DNA of 64,000 nucleotides from Gammaproteobacteria bacterium (GCA_026196275.1 JAPHTQ010000009.1:6092-70091); one strand, 5' to 3'. Positions 13,295 through 22,655 are shown, counted from the stretch's first letter. Numbers and translations are program-made. The notes: generated by a model not told the origin, from the letters alone.

Positions 13295-13331
13295 AAAAAA
13301 GGGGAAGGTGCCAGGCACCCTCCCCTTTCTT
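13295..13331 (-). terminator. Rho-independent terminator after fbp (hairpin is bidirectional in form)
   Basis: GGGGAAGGTGCC/GGCACCCTCCCC stem flanked by an A-run and a T-run. On the minus strand the T-run is followed directly by the intron 5' end. Confidence 0.8.
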
Positions 13332-13350
13332 TTTGCCGCGGTGGCGGTTG

Positions 13351-14364
13351 TTACTCGTTGTGGTACGAGGTAATGCGCTCGACCTCATTCTTCGAACCCA
13401 GAACGACCGGCACCCGCTGGTGTAACTCCTTGGGCTGGATCTCCATAATGCGCTCACGACCGGTGGTGGAGGCGCCACCGGCCTGCTCAACGATAAAGGA
13501 CATCGGGTTGGCCTCATACATCAGCCGGAGTTTCCCTTCGGTGCCCTTGGCTTTCATCTTCTCATCAATCGGGTACATGAAGACGCCACCACGGGTCAGG
13601 ATACGGTGAACCTCGGCCACCATGGAGGCGACCCAGCGCATGTTGAAGTCCTCGCCACGGGGACCCTCTTTACCCTGCAGGCACTCATCGACGTAGCGCT
13701 TAACCGGCTCTTCCCAGTGGCGCATGTTGGAGGCGTTGATGGCGAACTCGCGGGTCTCTTCCGGGATGGTCATGTTGGGGTGAGTGAGGACAAACTCACC
13801 GATGTTCATGTCCAGGGTAAAGCCGTTGACGCCCTGACCGGTGGTCAACACCAGCATGGTGGAGGGGCCGTAGAGGGCATAACCGGCGCAGACCTGCTCG
13901 GTACCGGCCTGGAGGAAGTGCTCGGCGATCGGGTTCTGGCAGTCGCCCTTGCAGCGCAGGATGGAGAAGATGGTACCGACAGAGACGTTGACGTCCATGT
14001 TGGAGGAGCCATCGAGCGGGTCGAAGGTCAGCAGGTACTTGCCCTTCGGGTTGCCATCGGGGATGTGGTAGATGTCGTCCATCTCCTCGGAGGCCATGGC
14101 GGCCAGGTGGCCGGCCCATTCGTTGGTCTGCAGGAAGACATCGTTGGTGATGATGTCCATCTTCTTCTGCTCCTCACCCTGGATATTCTCGGAACCGGCG
14201 GCGCCGAGGACGCCGACCAGCTCGCCGTGGTTGACCAGGTTGGAGATCACCTTACAGGCGGTGGTGACGTCGTTGAGCAGCGAGGTGAAGTCGCCGGTGG
14301 CCCCCTGCAGCTTGCGCTGCTCCTCGATAATAAACTGCGTTACGCTGGTACGATGATTGTGCAT
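13351..14364 (-). CDS. fbp: Fructose-1,6-bisphosphatase class 1
   Basis: 337 aa with the conserved FDPLDGSSN and [12 protein letters not shown] motifs. Confidence 0.95.
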   Translation of the reverse strand: MHNHRTSVTQFIIEEQRKLQGATGDFTSLLNDVTTACKVISNLVNHGELVGVLGAAGSENIQGEEQKKMDIITNDVFLQTNEWAGHLAAMASEEMDDIYHIPDGNPKGKYLLTFDPLDGSSNMDVNVSVGTIFSILRCKGDCQNPIAEHFLQAGTEQVCAGYALYGPSTMLVLTTGQGVNGFTLDMNIGEFVLTHPNMTIPEETREFAINASNMRHWEEPVKRYVDECLQGKEGPRGEDFNMRWVASMVAEVHRILTRGGVFMYPIDEKMKAKGTEGKLRLMYEANPMSFIVEQAGGASTTGRERIMEIQPKELHQRVPVVLGSKNEVERITSYHNE

Positions 14365-14633
14365 AGCGTTATCCTTCTGAAATTTAACAAAAATCTACTT
14401 ACCGAATGGATTGCATCCGGTAGAAAGTGGCTCAAAACGGGATTATTGCGACAGGCCTTTAAACGATGAGTAAAAGGCGATATATGTCAAATTTGCGGGG
14501 ATGATAGCATAAATATGCACATTAAAATTTTTTAGGCAGGCAGCACAGCGGTTTAGCACCTAATGCGAGGGGAATGGCTACGGGGCTGGGTGTTCTGGAG
14601 CCATCCGCAGCTAAAGGCGGCGGCTAAAAGAAC

Positions 14634-15350
14634 TTATTTCAGGGTGGTGATGCGCTGGTAGGTGGACTCGATCCACTCCTCCACCTGGTGATTGAGGACG
14701 TTGGCACGGACTCCGGCCGGATCGATGGGTTTGCCGATCACCAAAGTAATAGTCCCGGGATGTTTAAGAAAGCTTCCCTTGGCCCAGAACTCACCGGCAT
14801 TATGGCAAACCGGCACCACGGGATAACCACTCTTTTCTGCCAGCATGGCCCCGCCGATAGCGTAGCGTTTGCGCTCACCGGGCGCCGTGCGGGTACCTTC
14901 GGGGAAGACCACCAGCCACAGGCCCCGCTTGAGGCGATCGGTACCCTGCTGGATAACCTGTTTGAGAGCCTTTTTACCCGCCTTGCGGTCGATGGCAACG
15001 GGACGCATCATGGCAAGCCCCCAGCCAAAGAGGGGGAGCCACAGCAGTTCACGTTTGAGGACCCAGGTATGGGGAGGGAAGACCTGTTGCATGGCGATGG
15101 TCTCCCAGGCGGACTGGTGCTTGGCCATGATGATAGCGGTACCCTGCGGGATATTCTCACGGCCCTCAACAGTGAAGCCAAGTTTGCAGGTGAGCCTGAG
15201 CCACCAGATAACAAAAACGCCCCAGCGCGTCATGTAGAAGTAGCGCCAGCGGAAGGGGGTAAAAATGAACAGCGGTGACAGGGCGACAACGACCATGAGA
15301 AAGCTGTAGATACCCAGATAAAACAGGCTGGCACGCAGATAGGCCATCAA
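14634..15350 (-). CDS. plsC: 1-acyl-sn-glycerol-3-phosphate acyltransferase family protein
   Basis: 238 aa with an N-terminal TM and the acyltransferase motifs KHQSAWE and FPEGTR. Confidence 0.85.
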   Translation of the reverse strand: MMAYLRASLFYLGIYSFLMVVVALSPLFIFTPFRWRYFYMTRWGVFVIWWLRLTCKLGFTVEGRENIPQGTAIIMAKHQSAWETIAMQQVFPPHTWVLKRELLWLPLFGWGLAMMRPVAIDRKAGKKALKQVIQQGTDRLKRGLWLVVFPEGTRTAPGERKRYAIGGAMLAEKSGYPVVPVCHNAGEFWAKGSFLKHPGTITLVIGKPIDPAGVRANVLNHQVEEWIESTYQRITTLK

Positions 15351-15886
15351 TTTTCCTCCACCAGGGCGTTGACCGCGGCAAGCAAATCGTCATAGACGGG
15401 GGTGTCGTCAACCCCGACACCTTTATCAAGGGTTTTCTGCCCTTTGCCGGTGCGTACCAGAACGGGTTTGGCCGCTACAGCACGGGCTGCTTCGAGGTCA
15501 CGCAGGGAGTCACCGATAACAATGGTGTTCTCGAGCGGGATCTCCATGCGACGTGCGATATCACGGTACATGCCGGGTTTGGGTTTACGACAGTCACAGC
15601 CATCGTCAGGAGCGTGGGGACAGAAGGCGATCATCTCAATGCTGCCACCGTGCACAGCAAGCAGGCGGCGCAGTTTGTCGTGCATCGCATTGAGAGTGGA
15701 GATGCCATAGTAACCGCGGGCGATACCGGACTGATTGGTCGCCACTGCCACGCGATAGCCGGCTTGGTTAAGGCGAGCGATCGCCTCCAGGCTGCCCGGC
15801 AGCGGGATGAACTCGTCCACCGATTTGATGAAGTCGTCGGAGTCCTGATTAATGACCCCGTCACGGTCGAGAATGATCAGTTTCAT
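15347..15886 (-). CDS. gmhB: D-glycero-beta-D-manno-heptose-1,7-bisphosphate 7-phosphatase (HAD family)
   Basis: Start set at MKLIILDRDGVIN (ATG 15886). The upstream part of the ORF is read-through of a REP arm. A CxHxPxxxCxCRKP zinc motif is present. Confidence 0.85.
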   Translation of the reverse strand: MKLIILDRDGVINQDSDDFIKSVDEFIPLPGSLEAIARLNQAGYRVAVATNQSGIARGYYGISTLNAMHDKLRRLLAVHGGSIEMIAFCPHAPDDGCDCRKPKPGMYRDIARRMEIPLENTIVIGDSLRDLEAARAVAAKPVLVRTGKGQKTLDKGVGVDDTPVYDDLLAAVNALVEEN

Positions 15887-15894
15887 AAAAATCA

Positions 15895-15994
15895 ATTCAC
15901 CGCAGAGGCGCAAAGTGCGCAAAGAGAAAACCTTGCCACGATATTTCCAAAGCCTAAGTCGGACATAAGGGGATCCTTTGCGTCTCAGTGATGA
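15895..15994. repeat. REP-like element, copy D (CGCAAAG dialect, right arm degenerate)
   Basis: Left arm AATTCACCGCAGAGGCGCAAAGTGCGCAAAGAG (15895-15926). Decayed right arm TCCTTTGCGTCTCAGTGATGA (15974-15994). Confidence 0.7.
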
Positions 15995-15997
15995 CCA

Positions 15998-16335
15998 TTA
16001 GTCACGGAACTCGGAGACGCGGATGCGGCCGTTCACCATCTTCGCTTCGCGCTGCATGATCTTCTCCATCTTCTTCCAGAAGGCCTCGTTGAGATCGAAG
16101 TCGGCGGCGATGGCGGTGCCGATGAGCAGGATGAAGAGATCGGCCACCTCCTCCGCCAGCTGCTCCTTCGGCTTGCCCTTGGTGATCGCCGCGCCGATCT
16201 CCCCTAGCTCCTCGGCCATCAGCGCCATACGATAGGTCAGCTCCTCACCGCCCCGGTTTTTGAAGTCGTGCTTGTCGTGGAAGGCCTGTACGGCCTCCAG
16301 CATCGTCTGGTATGAGTCACTATTTCGATCAGTCA
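15998..16335 (-). CDS. MazG-like nucleotide pyrophosphohydrolase domain protein
   Basis: Start set at MTDRNSDSYQ (ATG 16335). EELGEIGAAI and EEVADLFILLIG form an EExxE...ExxD MazG-type pattern. The longer ORF in the track reads through REP copy E. Confidence 0.7.
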
Positions 16336-16349
16336 TAAAGAAAATTTTT

Positions 16350-16480
16350 GCCACAGAGAACACAGAGATCACGGAGTAATGTGTCAGTGCCAAGAAATAA
16401 AACTGTACGTTGTGCACGCATCCATAACTGACGGGATCTCTCAAATCAATATTCTCAGTGTTCTCTGTGCCCTCTGTGGC
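16350..16480. repeat. REP-like element, copy E (CACAGAG dialect)
   Basis: Left arm GCCACAGAGAACACAGAGATCACGGAG (16350-16376). Right arm CTCAGTGTTCTCTGTGCCCTCTGTGGC (16454-16480). Confidence 0.8.
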
Positions 16481-16487
16481 TAAAAAA

Positions 16488-18563
16488 TCAATTCTGCAGC
16501 TGCGATAGGTCAGCGACCTCAAGGAAGAGATTGCGCAGCCGCTGGAGCAGTGCCAGACGGTTGGCGCGGATCTTCTCATCGTCGGCCATCACCATGACGG
16601 CATCGAAGAAGTTGTCGACCACTTCGCGCAGGCCGGCCAGCTGCTTGAGGGCGGCCTCGTAGTCACGGGTAGCAAACAGCGGCGCGACACTCTTGGCCAT
16701 CGTCTCGACCTGTGCGAAGAGCGCCTTTTCCGCCTCATCCTGCAGCAGCGCGCTATCGACCTGTTCCGGGATCGGTTCGTCGGTCTTTTTCAGGATGTTG
16801 CCGATCCGCTTGTTGGCCGCGGCCAGTGATTCGGCCTCGGTCAGGGTACGGAAGGCGGTGACCGCCTTGAGCCGGGCATCAAAATCGAGCGGGTGGGTCG
16901 GTCGCTGGGCCAGCACCGCCTCGAAGGTGTCGGGGGCGACCATGAGCTCATGGTAATAGGCCTTGAGGCGGCTCATCATGAAGTCGAAGACTTGATCGAT
17001 AACACCGGCGTTGTCGAAAAGCCCCGCGTTGGCCGCCGCAGCCTGCTCCAGCATCGCCTGCAGATCAATATCGAGGCGCTGTTCAATAATGATGCGCAGT
17101 GCGCCGAGGGCCGCACGGCGCAGGGCGAAGGGGTCCTTGTCGCCGCTTGGTACCTGGCCGATGCCGAAGATGCCGATCAGGGTATCGAGCTTGTCGGCTA
17201 CGGCGAGTGCCTGACCGGTCTTGCCGCCAGGCAGCTCATCACCGGCGAAACGCGGCATGTACTGCTCGTCCAGCGCCTCGGCCACTTCGGCCGCCTCGCC
17301 GTCGTGCTGTGCATAGTAGCGTCCCATGATCCCCTGCAGTTCGGGAAACTCCCCTACCATCTCGGTCATCAGATCGCATTTGGCCAACAGTGCGGCGCGG
17401 GCGGCGAGATCGGCATCACCACCGATGGCGGTGGCGCACTGCTCGGCGATAGCGGCGACTCGCCTGGACTTGTCGGCGAGGGTGCCGAGCTGTTTCTGGA
17501 ATATAACCGTAGCAAGGCTGTCGATGCGCTGTTCGAGCTTCTGCTTGCGATCCTGGTTCCAGAAGAAGTCGGCGTCGGTGAGCCGCGGGCGGATCACCCG
17601 CTCATTACCCTTGCGCACGTACTCGGGGTGACGGCTCTCGATGTTGCTGACAGTGATGAAGTTGGGCATCAGCTTGCCGTCGGCAGAAACCATGTGGAAA
17701 TACTTCTGGTGCCCCTTCATCGCCGAGATCAGGCACTCGGGTGGAACCTCGAGGAAGCGCTCCTCGAAACTGCCGACCACCGCCAGCGGCCACTCCACCA
17801 GGCCGGTGACCTCATCGAGAAGATCCTCATCGATCACCGCCTTGCCGCCGGCTTTTTCTGCCGCCTCCATCACCTGGGCGCGGATCGCCTCACGGCGATC
17901 GGCAAAAACGGGCATCACCCGGCCGGTGGTTTCGAGGATCGGCGCATAGGCGGCCGGCTCACCCAGGTAGATCGGATCAGGGTGATGGAAGCGGTGGCCA
18001 AAGGTGTCGCGGCCCGATTTGACGCTAAGCACCTCGGCATTGATCACCTCATCGCCGAACAACAGCACTACCCAGTGCACCGGGCGGACGAACTCGGCAT
18101 CAAGATCGCCCCAGCGCATGCGCTTGGGGATCGGCAGTCGGTGCAGTGAGTCAGTGAGAATGGCGGGGATAAGCGCGGCGGTCGGCCGGCCCTGCTGCGT
18201 GGAGCGATAGACCAGCCAGGCCCCCTTGTCGCTCTCCATGGTCTCGAGCTGATCCGGGGTGACGCCGCAGGAGCGGGCAAAGCCCTCGGTGGCCTTGGTG
18301 GGGTTGCCGTCGTCGTCGAACGCGGCGGTCAGTGCCGGACCGCGGCGCTCCACCTCTTTGTCCGCCTGGGTTTCGTCAAGCTCCTTGACCAGCACGGCCA
18401 GACGGCGCGGGGCGGCGAAGGATTCGACCTGGCCGAACGCCAGCTCCGCCTTTGTCAGCCCGTCGGTGATACCGGCGGTAAAGGCATTGGAGAGCTTGAG
18501 CAGCGCCTTCGGCGGCAGCTCTTCGGTACCGATCTCGATCAGTAAGTCTTTTTTATTACTCAT
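16488..18563 (-). CDS. glyS: Glycine--tRNA ligase beta subunit
   Basis: 691 aa starting MSNKKDLLIEIGTEELPPKAL, the canonical GlyS N-terminus. Lies downstream of glyQ. Confidence 0.95.
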   Translation of the reverse strand: MSNKKDLLIEIGTEELPPKALLKLSNAFTAGITDGLTKAELAFGQVESFAAPRRLAVLVKELDETQADKEVERRGPALTAAFDDDGNPTKATEGFARSCGVTPDQLETMESDKGAWLVYRSTQQGRPTAALIPAILTDSLHRLPIPKRMRWGDLDAEFVRPVHWVVLLFGDEVINAEVLSVKSGRDTFGHRFHHPDPIYLGEPAAYAPILETTGRVMPVFADRREAIRAQVMEAAEKAGGKAVIDEDLLDEVTGLVEWPLAVVGSFEERFLEVPPECLISAMKGHQKYFHMVSADGKLMPNFITVSNIESRHPEYVRKGNERVIRPRLTDADFFWNQDRKQKLEQRIDSLATVIFQKQLGTLADKSRRVAAIAEQCATAIGGDADLAARAALLAKCDLMTEMVGEFPELQGIMGRYYAQHDGEAAEVAEALDEQYMPRFAGDELPGGKTGQALAVADKLDTLIGIFGIGQVPSGDKDPFALRRAALGALRIIIEQRLDIDLQAMLEQAAAANAGLFDNAGVIDQVFDFMMSRLKAYYHELMVAPDTFEAVLAQRPTHPLDFDARLKAVTAFRTLTEAESLAAANKRIGNILKKTDEPIPEQVDSALLQDEAEKALFAQVETMAKSVAPLFATRDYEAALKQLAGLREVVDNFFDAVMVMADDEKIRANRLALLQRLRNLFLEVADLSQLQN

Positions 18564-18576
18564 GTATAACCCTTTT

Positions 18577-18703
18577 TTACCGCAAAGGCGCGAAGACGCA
18601 GAGAAAAACGTGTGATTGTGTCCTGGCTGAGCGACTGGGCATATGTCCTGAGCATCAACACATGAACGGGTGTCCTTTGCGCCTCTGCGTCTTTGCGGTG
18701 AAT
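18577..18703. repeat. REP-like element, copy F (CGCAAAG dialect) inside the glyQ-glyS spacer
   Basis: Left arm TTACCGCAAAGGCGCGAAGACGCAGAGAAAA (18577-18607). Right arm TCCTTTGCGCCTCTGCGTCTTTGCGGTGAAT (18673-18703). Confidence 0.85.
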
Positions 18704-18707
18704 CATG

Positions 18708-19610
18708 TTATTGCTTTTTCAGCATAGGGAAGCCGAGCTTCTCGCGTGCATCGTAATAGGTCTGGGCGACGGCGCGGGCCAGGGCGCGGACGCGCAGGAT
18801 GTAGCGTTGGCGTTCGGTGACCGAGATGGCGTGGCGCGCATCGAGCAGGTTGAAGGTGTGCGAGGCCTTGAGCACCTGTTCATAGGCCGGCAACGGCAGG
18901 CCGGCCTCGATCAACGCATTGCTCTGCTTCTCGCACTGGTCGAACAGGGCAAAATTGAACTCGGTGTCGGCATGTTCGAAGTTGTAGGTGGATTGCTCTA
19001 CCTCGTTCTGGTGGTAGACATCACCGTAGGTAACCGGGCCGTTGGGACCGTCGGTCCAGACCAGGTCGAAAACGCTCTCCACCCCCTGCAGGTACATGGC
19101 GATGCGTTCCAGACCGTAGGTGATCTCGCCGGTGACCGGCTTGCAGTCCAGCCCGCCCACCTGCTGGAAGTAGGTGAACTGGGTCACCTCCATGCCGTTG
19201 AGCCAGACTTCCCAACCCAGACCCCAGGCACCGAGGGTGGGGGATTCCCAGTTGTCCTCGACGAAGCGGATGTCGTGTTCCAGCGGATCGATGCCGAGCA
19301 TTTTCAGCGAGCCGAGGTAGAGCTCCTGGATATCGAGCGGCGAGGGCTTGAGGATTACCTGGAACTGGTAGTAGTGCTGCAGACGGTTGGGATTCTCGCC
19401 GTAACGCCCGTCGGTGGGACGGCGCGAAGGCTGCACGTAGGCGGCGCTCCAGGGCTCAGGGCCGATGGCGCGCAGGAAGGTAGCCGGGTGGAAGGTGCCG
19501 GCACCGACCTCCATATCCAGCGGTTGCAGGATCACGCAGCCCTGTTTCGCCCAGTACTGCTGCAGCGCGAGGATGAGGCCCTGAAAGGTCGAGACGTCTG
19601 CTGATTTCAT
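18708..19610 (-). CDS. glyQ: Glycine--tRNA ligase alpha subunit
   Basis: Start set at [25 protein letters not shown] (ATG 19610). The rest is highly conserved GlyQ sequence. Confidence 0.95.
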   Translation of the reverse strand: MKSADVSTFQGLILALQQYWAKQGCVILQPLDMEVGAGTFHPATFLRAIGPEPWSAAYVQPSRRPTDGRYGENPNRLQHYYQFQVILKPSPLDIQELYLGSLKMLGIDPLEHDIRFVEDNWESPTLGAWGLGWEVWLNGMEVTQFTYFQQVGGLDCKPVTGEITYGLERIAMYLQGVESVFDLVWTDGPNGPVTYGDVYHQNEVEQSTYNFEHADTEFNFALFDQCEKQSNALIEAGLPLPAYEQVLKASHTFNLLDARHAISVTERQRYILRVRALARAVAQTYYDAREKLGFPMLKKQ

Positions 19611-19701
19611 TCCGCTCAAGGTGATACCTTTTATATGTTCCGTTACAAAGCCGCACATTATAGCTTGCCCTAAGCGGCTGATAACAGGGGGCAAAACAGG
19701 A

Positions 19702-19916
19702 TTTAACGCAGAGGGCGCAGAGGCGCAGAGGATGCGGAGAGTATCTATGAGCTGAATACTGAAGCGGGAAAAGGTTGGTCAATAATCGGGTAAGTGGAAT
19801 AAAAGTACCATTAAATCAATTTGTTAAGGGTTGTTGTGTGTGACTTAAGAAGGTGGAACTGATCAGCAGGATCACGCATTGAATTTACTTTGCGAACTCT
19901 GCGCTTCTGCGTTAAA
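19702..19916. repeat. REP-like element, copy G (CGCAGAG dialect, long spacer)
   Basis: Left arm TTTAACGCAGAGGGCGCAGAGGCGCAGAGGA (19702-19732). Right arm ACTTTGCGAACTCTGCGCTTCTGCGTTAAA (19887-19916). Confidence 0.75.
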
Positions 19917-19973
19917 AGTGTTTTTCGTGTAAAATTCGCGTCAATTCACTACAGCAGTCCCTATTTTCCATCC

Positions 19974-21017
19974 ATGACGCAACAACGCAAAGCGGTCGCC
20001 CTCATCTCCGGCGGCCTCGACTCCCTACTTGCCGCCAAGGTGATACTCGAACAGGGTATTCACGTTGAGGGGATCAACTTCTTCACCGGTTTCTGCGTGG
20101 AGGGGCACACTCACGCCATCCGCAAGCGGGACAAGGCCAGGCCGAAACGCAACAATGCCCTGTGGTCCGCCGAGCAGTTGGGGATCAAGCTGCATATCAT
20201 TGATATCGTGGAGGAGTACAAGGATGTGCTGCTGAACCCGAAACATGGCTACGGCGCCAACATGAATCCCTGCCTGGACTGCAAGATCTTCATGGTGCAC
20301 AAGGCGCTGGAGTGGGCGCAGAAGAACGGTTTTGACTTCATCATCACCGGTGAGGTGATCGGTCAGCGGCCGATGTCGCAACGCAAGGAGACCATGCCGG
20401 TGGTAGCGCGGGAGTCCGGTGCCGAGGATCGGCTGCTGCGCCCGCTGTGTGCCAAAAACCTCCCCCCTACCCTGCCCGAGCGCGAGGGCTGGGTGGATCG
20501 GGAGAAGCTCTACAACTTCTCCGGCCGCAACCGCAAGCCGCAGATGGCGCTGGCCAAACAGTTTGGCTTTGAGGACTACGCCTCCCCCGCCGGCGGTTGC
20601 TGCTTCCTGACCGACGAGGCCTACTCGCGCAAGCTGATAGACCTGTGGAAAGGTCGCGGTAATCGTGAGTATGAGATGGATGACATCATGCTGCTCAAGG
20701 TGGGCCGGCATATCCGCCCGGCGCCGCACTATAAGCTGATCGTCAGCCGCGAGGAGGGGGAGAACAACTTTCTCCTGGGTTACAGGAAACAGTTTATCCA
20801 CCTCTTTACCACCTCTCACCCCGGACCATTGGCGTTGCTCGACGGTGAGCCCAGCGAGGCCGATCTGGAGTTGGCCGCCCGCATCGTTGCCCGCTACGGC
20901 AAGGGCCGCACCGCCGAGCAGGTTACTGTGGAGGTGCATTTCCCGGACGGCGAGAGCCGCACCCTCGAGGTGACTCCCCTGCTCCCCCACGAGGTCAAGG
21001 AAGAGTGGATGGTTTGA
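19974..21017 (+). CDS. PP-loop ATP pyrophosphatase family protein (ThiI/MnmA-like, probable tRNA sulfurtransferase)
   Basis: Start set at MTQQRKAVALISGGLDS, where SGGxDS is the PP-loop. A conserved NPCLDCK cysteine pair is present. There is no THUMP domain. Confidence 0.6.
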   Translation: MTQQRKAVALISGGLDSLLAAKVILEQGIHVEGINFFTGFCVEGHTHAIRKRDKARPKRNNALWSAEQLGIKLHIIDIVEEYKDVLLNPKHGYGANMNPCLDCKIFMVHKALEWAQKNGFDFIITGEVIGQRPMSQRKETMPVVARESGAEDRLLRPLCAKNLPPTLPEREGWVDREKLYNFSGRNRKPQMALAKQFGFEDYASPAGGCCFLTDEAYSRKLIDLWKGRGNREYEMDDIMLLKVGRHIRPAPHYKLIVSREEGENNFLLGYRKQFIHLFTTSHPGPLALLDGEPSEADLELAARIVARYGKGRTAEQVTVEVHFPDGESRTLEVTPLLPHEVKEEWMV

Positions 21018-21020
21018 AAT

Positions 21021-21168
21021 ATATCACCGCAAAGGCGCAAAGTGCGCAAAGGGTAAAAGCGAAAAATTGCTAAACACATTTTATTAAGTCCACCCCACGT
21101 CTCATCTTGCGTAGGTGGAGTAATGGGTAACTTTGCGTCCTTTGCGCCTTTGCGCCTTTGCGGTGAAT
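21021..21168. repeat. REP-like element, copy H (CGCAAAG dialect, 4-unit right arm)
   Basis: Left arm ATATCACCGCAAAGGCGCAAAGTGCGCAAAGGG (21021-21053). Right arm ACTTTGCGTCCTTTGCGCCTTTGCGCCTTTGCGGTGAAT (21130-21168). Confidence 0.85.
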
Positions 21169-21188
21169 GGGATTTGTTTGGGATAAAC

Positions 21189-21419
21189 ATGAAATACGAA
21201 CTCGATGCACGACGGTTGTTTTGCCCGATGCCGGTGATCCGCACCCAGGACAGGGTGGCTCAGCTGCAGCCGGGGGATCTGTTGGAGGTGGTTGCCTCCG
21301 ATCCGGGGGTCATTAACGACATTCCCGCCTGGTGCCGGATCAACGGCCACAGAGTGGTGGAAACCCGTGAGGAAAACGGTGATATTATCGTCCTCATCGA
21401 AGTGGGCAGCGGCGAATAG
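21189..21419 (+). CDS. tusA: TusA/SirA-family sulfurtransferase
   Basis: Start set at MKYELDARRLFCPMPV (ATG 21189). The CPxP active-site motif is present. About 76 aa. Confidence 0.8.
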   Translation: MKYELDARRLFCPMPVIRTQDRVAQLQPGDLLEVVASDPGVINDIPAWCRINGHRVVETREENGDIIVLIEVGSGE

Positions 21420-21430
21420 GATAAGGAAGC

Positions 21431-22618
21431 ATGGGCGGACACCCTCATTACCACCCCGAACCGGATGTTATCGATCAGGGGGATCGGCGCTATCGGGAGA
21501 TGCGCAAGGTCACCCTGATCGGCTCCGTCCTGGATCTGGCGCTCGCTGTGTTGAAGCTGATCTTCGGTTTTCTGGCCAACTCCCAGGCGCTGATCGCCGA
21601 CGGTGTCCACTCCCTCTCCGATCTGGCTACCGACTTCATGGTGCTGTTCGCCGCCAAGCACGGCAGTCGCGATGCGGACGAGACCCACCCCTACGGTCAC
21701 GGCCGATTCGAGACCCTGGCGACAGTGGCCCTCGGTATCGCCCTGATTATCGTGGCGGCGGGCATTGCCTGGGATGCGGTGGATCGGCTGTTTCATCCCG
21801 AGGAGCTGCTGCGACCGGGGATCTGGGCGCTGGTGGTAGCGGTGGTGTCGGTTCTCTCCAAGGAGTGGATCTACCACTACACCATGCGCGTGGCGAAAAA
21901 GCTCAAGTCGAACATGCTCAGGGCCAACGCCTGGCATAGCCGGACCGATGCCATCTCCTCCATCGTGGTGGTGATCGGTGTCGGCGGTACCATGGCCGGG
22001 CTTGAGTATCTCGACTCCATTGCTGCGGTGCTGGTCGGGGCGATGGTGGCCAAGATCGGCTGGGACCTGGCCTGGACCAGTGTGCATGAGTTGGTGGATA
22101 CCGCCCTGGAGCCGGATCGGGTGGCGTTGATCCGCAAGGAGATCCTGGGTGTTGGCGGGGTGCGCGAACTGCACATGCTGCGCACCCGTCTGATGGGCGG
22201 CGAGGCGCTGGTGGATGTGCATGTGATCGTCGATCCGAAACTGAGTGTCTCCGAGGGGCACTATATCGGTGAGAAGGTGCGAAAACGTCTGATTGATGAG
22301 ATCGATGAGGTGACCGATGTGATGGTCCACGTCGATCCCGAGGACGATGAGAAGATGAAACCGAGTCTGGGGCTGCCGACACGCAGCTGGATCCGTCTCC
22401 GGCTGGAGGAGTCCTGGGCGGATCTACCCCTGGCACAGAAAATCGAGCGTATTGTCTTACACTACCTGGATGGCAGACTGGATGTGGAGGTCTGTTTTCC
22501 CCTTGAGGCGAAGCCGTCAAACGAGGAGGAACAGGCCCAGCTTCAGCGTATGCGCGAGAAGGCGGAGCGGCTGGAAACGGTCCGTGAAGTGAGCTTTTTT
22601 TATCGCAATGCACCATAA
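21431..22618 (+). CDS. Cation diffusion facilitator family transporter
   Basis: 395 aa with six TM segments. HSLSDLATD and a C-terminal cytoplasmic domain are typical of FieF-like CDF proteins. Confidence 0.85.
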   Translation: MGGHPHYHPEPDVIDQGDRRYREMRKVTLIGSVLDLALAVLKLIFGFLANSQALIADGVHSLSDLATDFMVLFAAKHGSRDADETHPYGHGRFETLATVALGIALIIVAAGIAWDAVDRLFHPEELLRPGIWALVVAVVSVLSKEWIYHYTMRVAKKLKSNMLRANAWHSRTDAISSIVVVIGVGGTMAGLEYLDSIAAVLVGAMVAKIGWDLAWTSVHELVDTALEPDRVALIRKEILGVGGVRELHMLRTRLMGGEALVDVHVIVDPKLSVSEGHYIGEKVRKRLIDEIDEVTDVMVHVDPEDDEKMKPSLGLPTRSWIRLRLEESWADLPLAQKIERIVLHYLDGRLDVEVCFPLEAKPSNEEEQAQLQRMREKAERLETVREVSFFYRNAP

Positions 22619-22655
22619 TGGTGCCATAAGCACGTCTACGCATTTGTTTGGTGCA
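22609..22655. promoter_or_regulatory. Two NtrC-type binding sites upstream of glnA
   Basis: TGCACCATAATGGTGCC (22609-22625) and CGCATTTGTTTGGTGCA (22639-22655), compared with the consensus TGCACC-N5-GGTGCA. The first site overlaps the stop codon of the CDF gene. Confidence 0.65.

Noticed and set aside
15998-16579. The 193-aa version of the MazG-like ORF, and the N-terminal extensions MRTLRLCGE/MRTLRFC of gmhB (15922), the PP-loop gene (19890), tusA (21123), trmL (39592) and glyQ (19694).
   Set aside because: The extensions translate REP-like arms. The conserved protein cores begin at internal ATGs with plausible spacing, so the shorter starts were used.
21130-21168. Tandem CCTTTGCG units (4 copies), and similar periodic arms elsewhere, considered as a CRISPR or other short tandem array.
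   Set aside because: The units are only 8-9 nt long and directly abut without spacers. They always pair with an inverted arm 25-150 nt away. There are no cas genes. This fits REP-like elements, not CRISPR.
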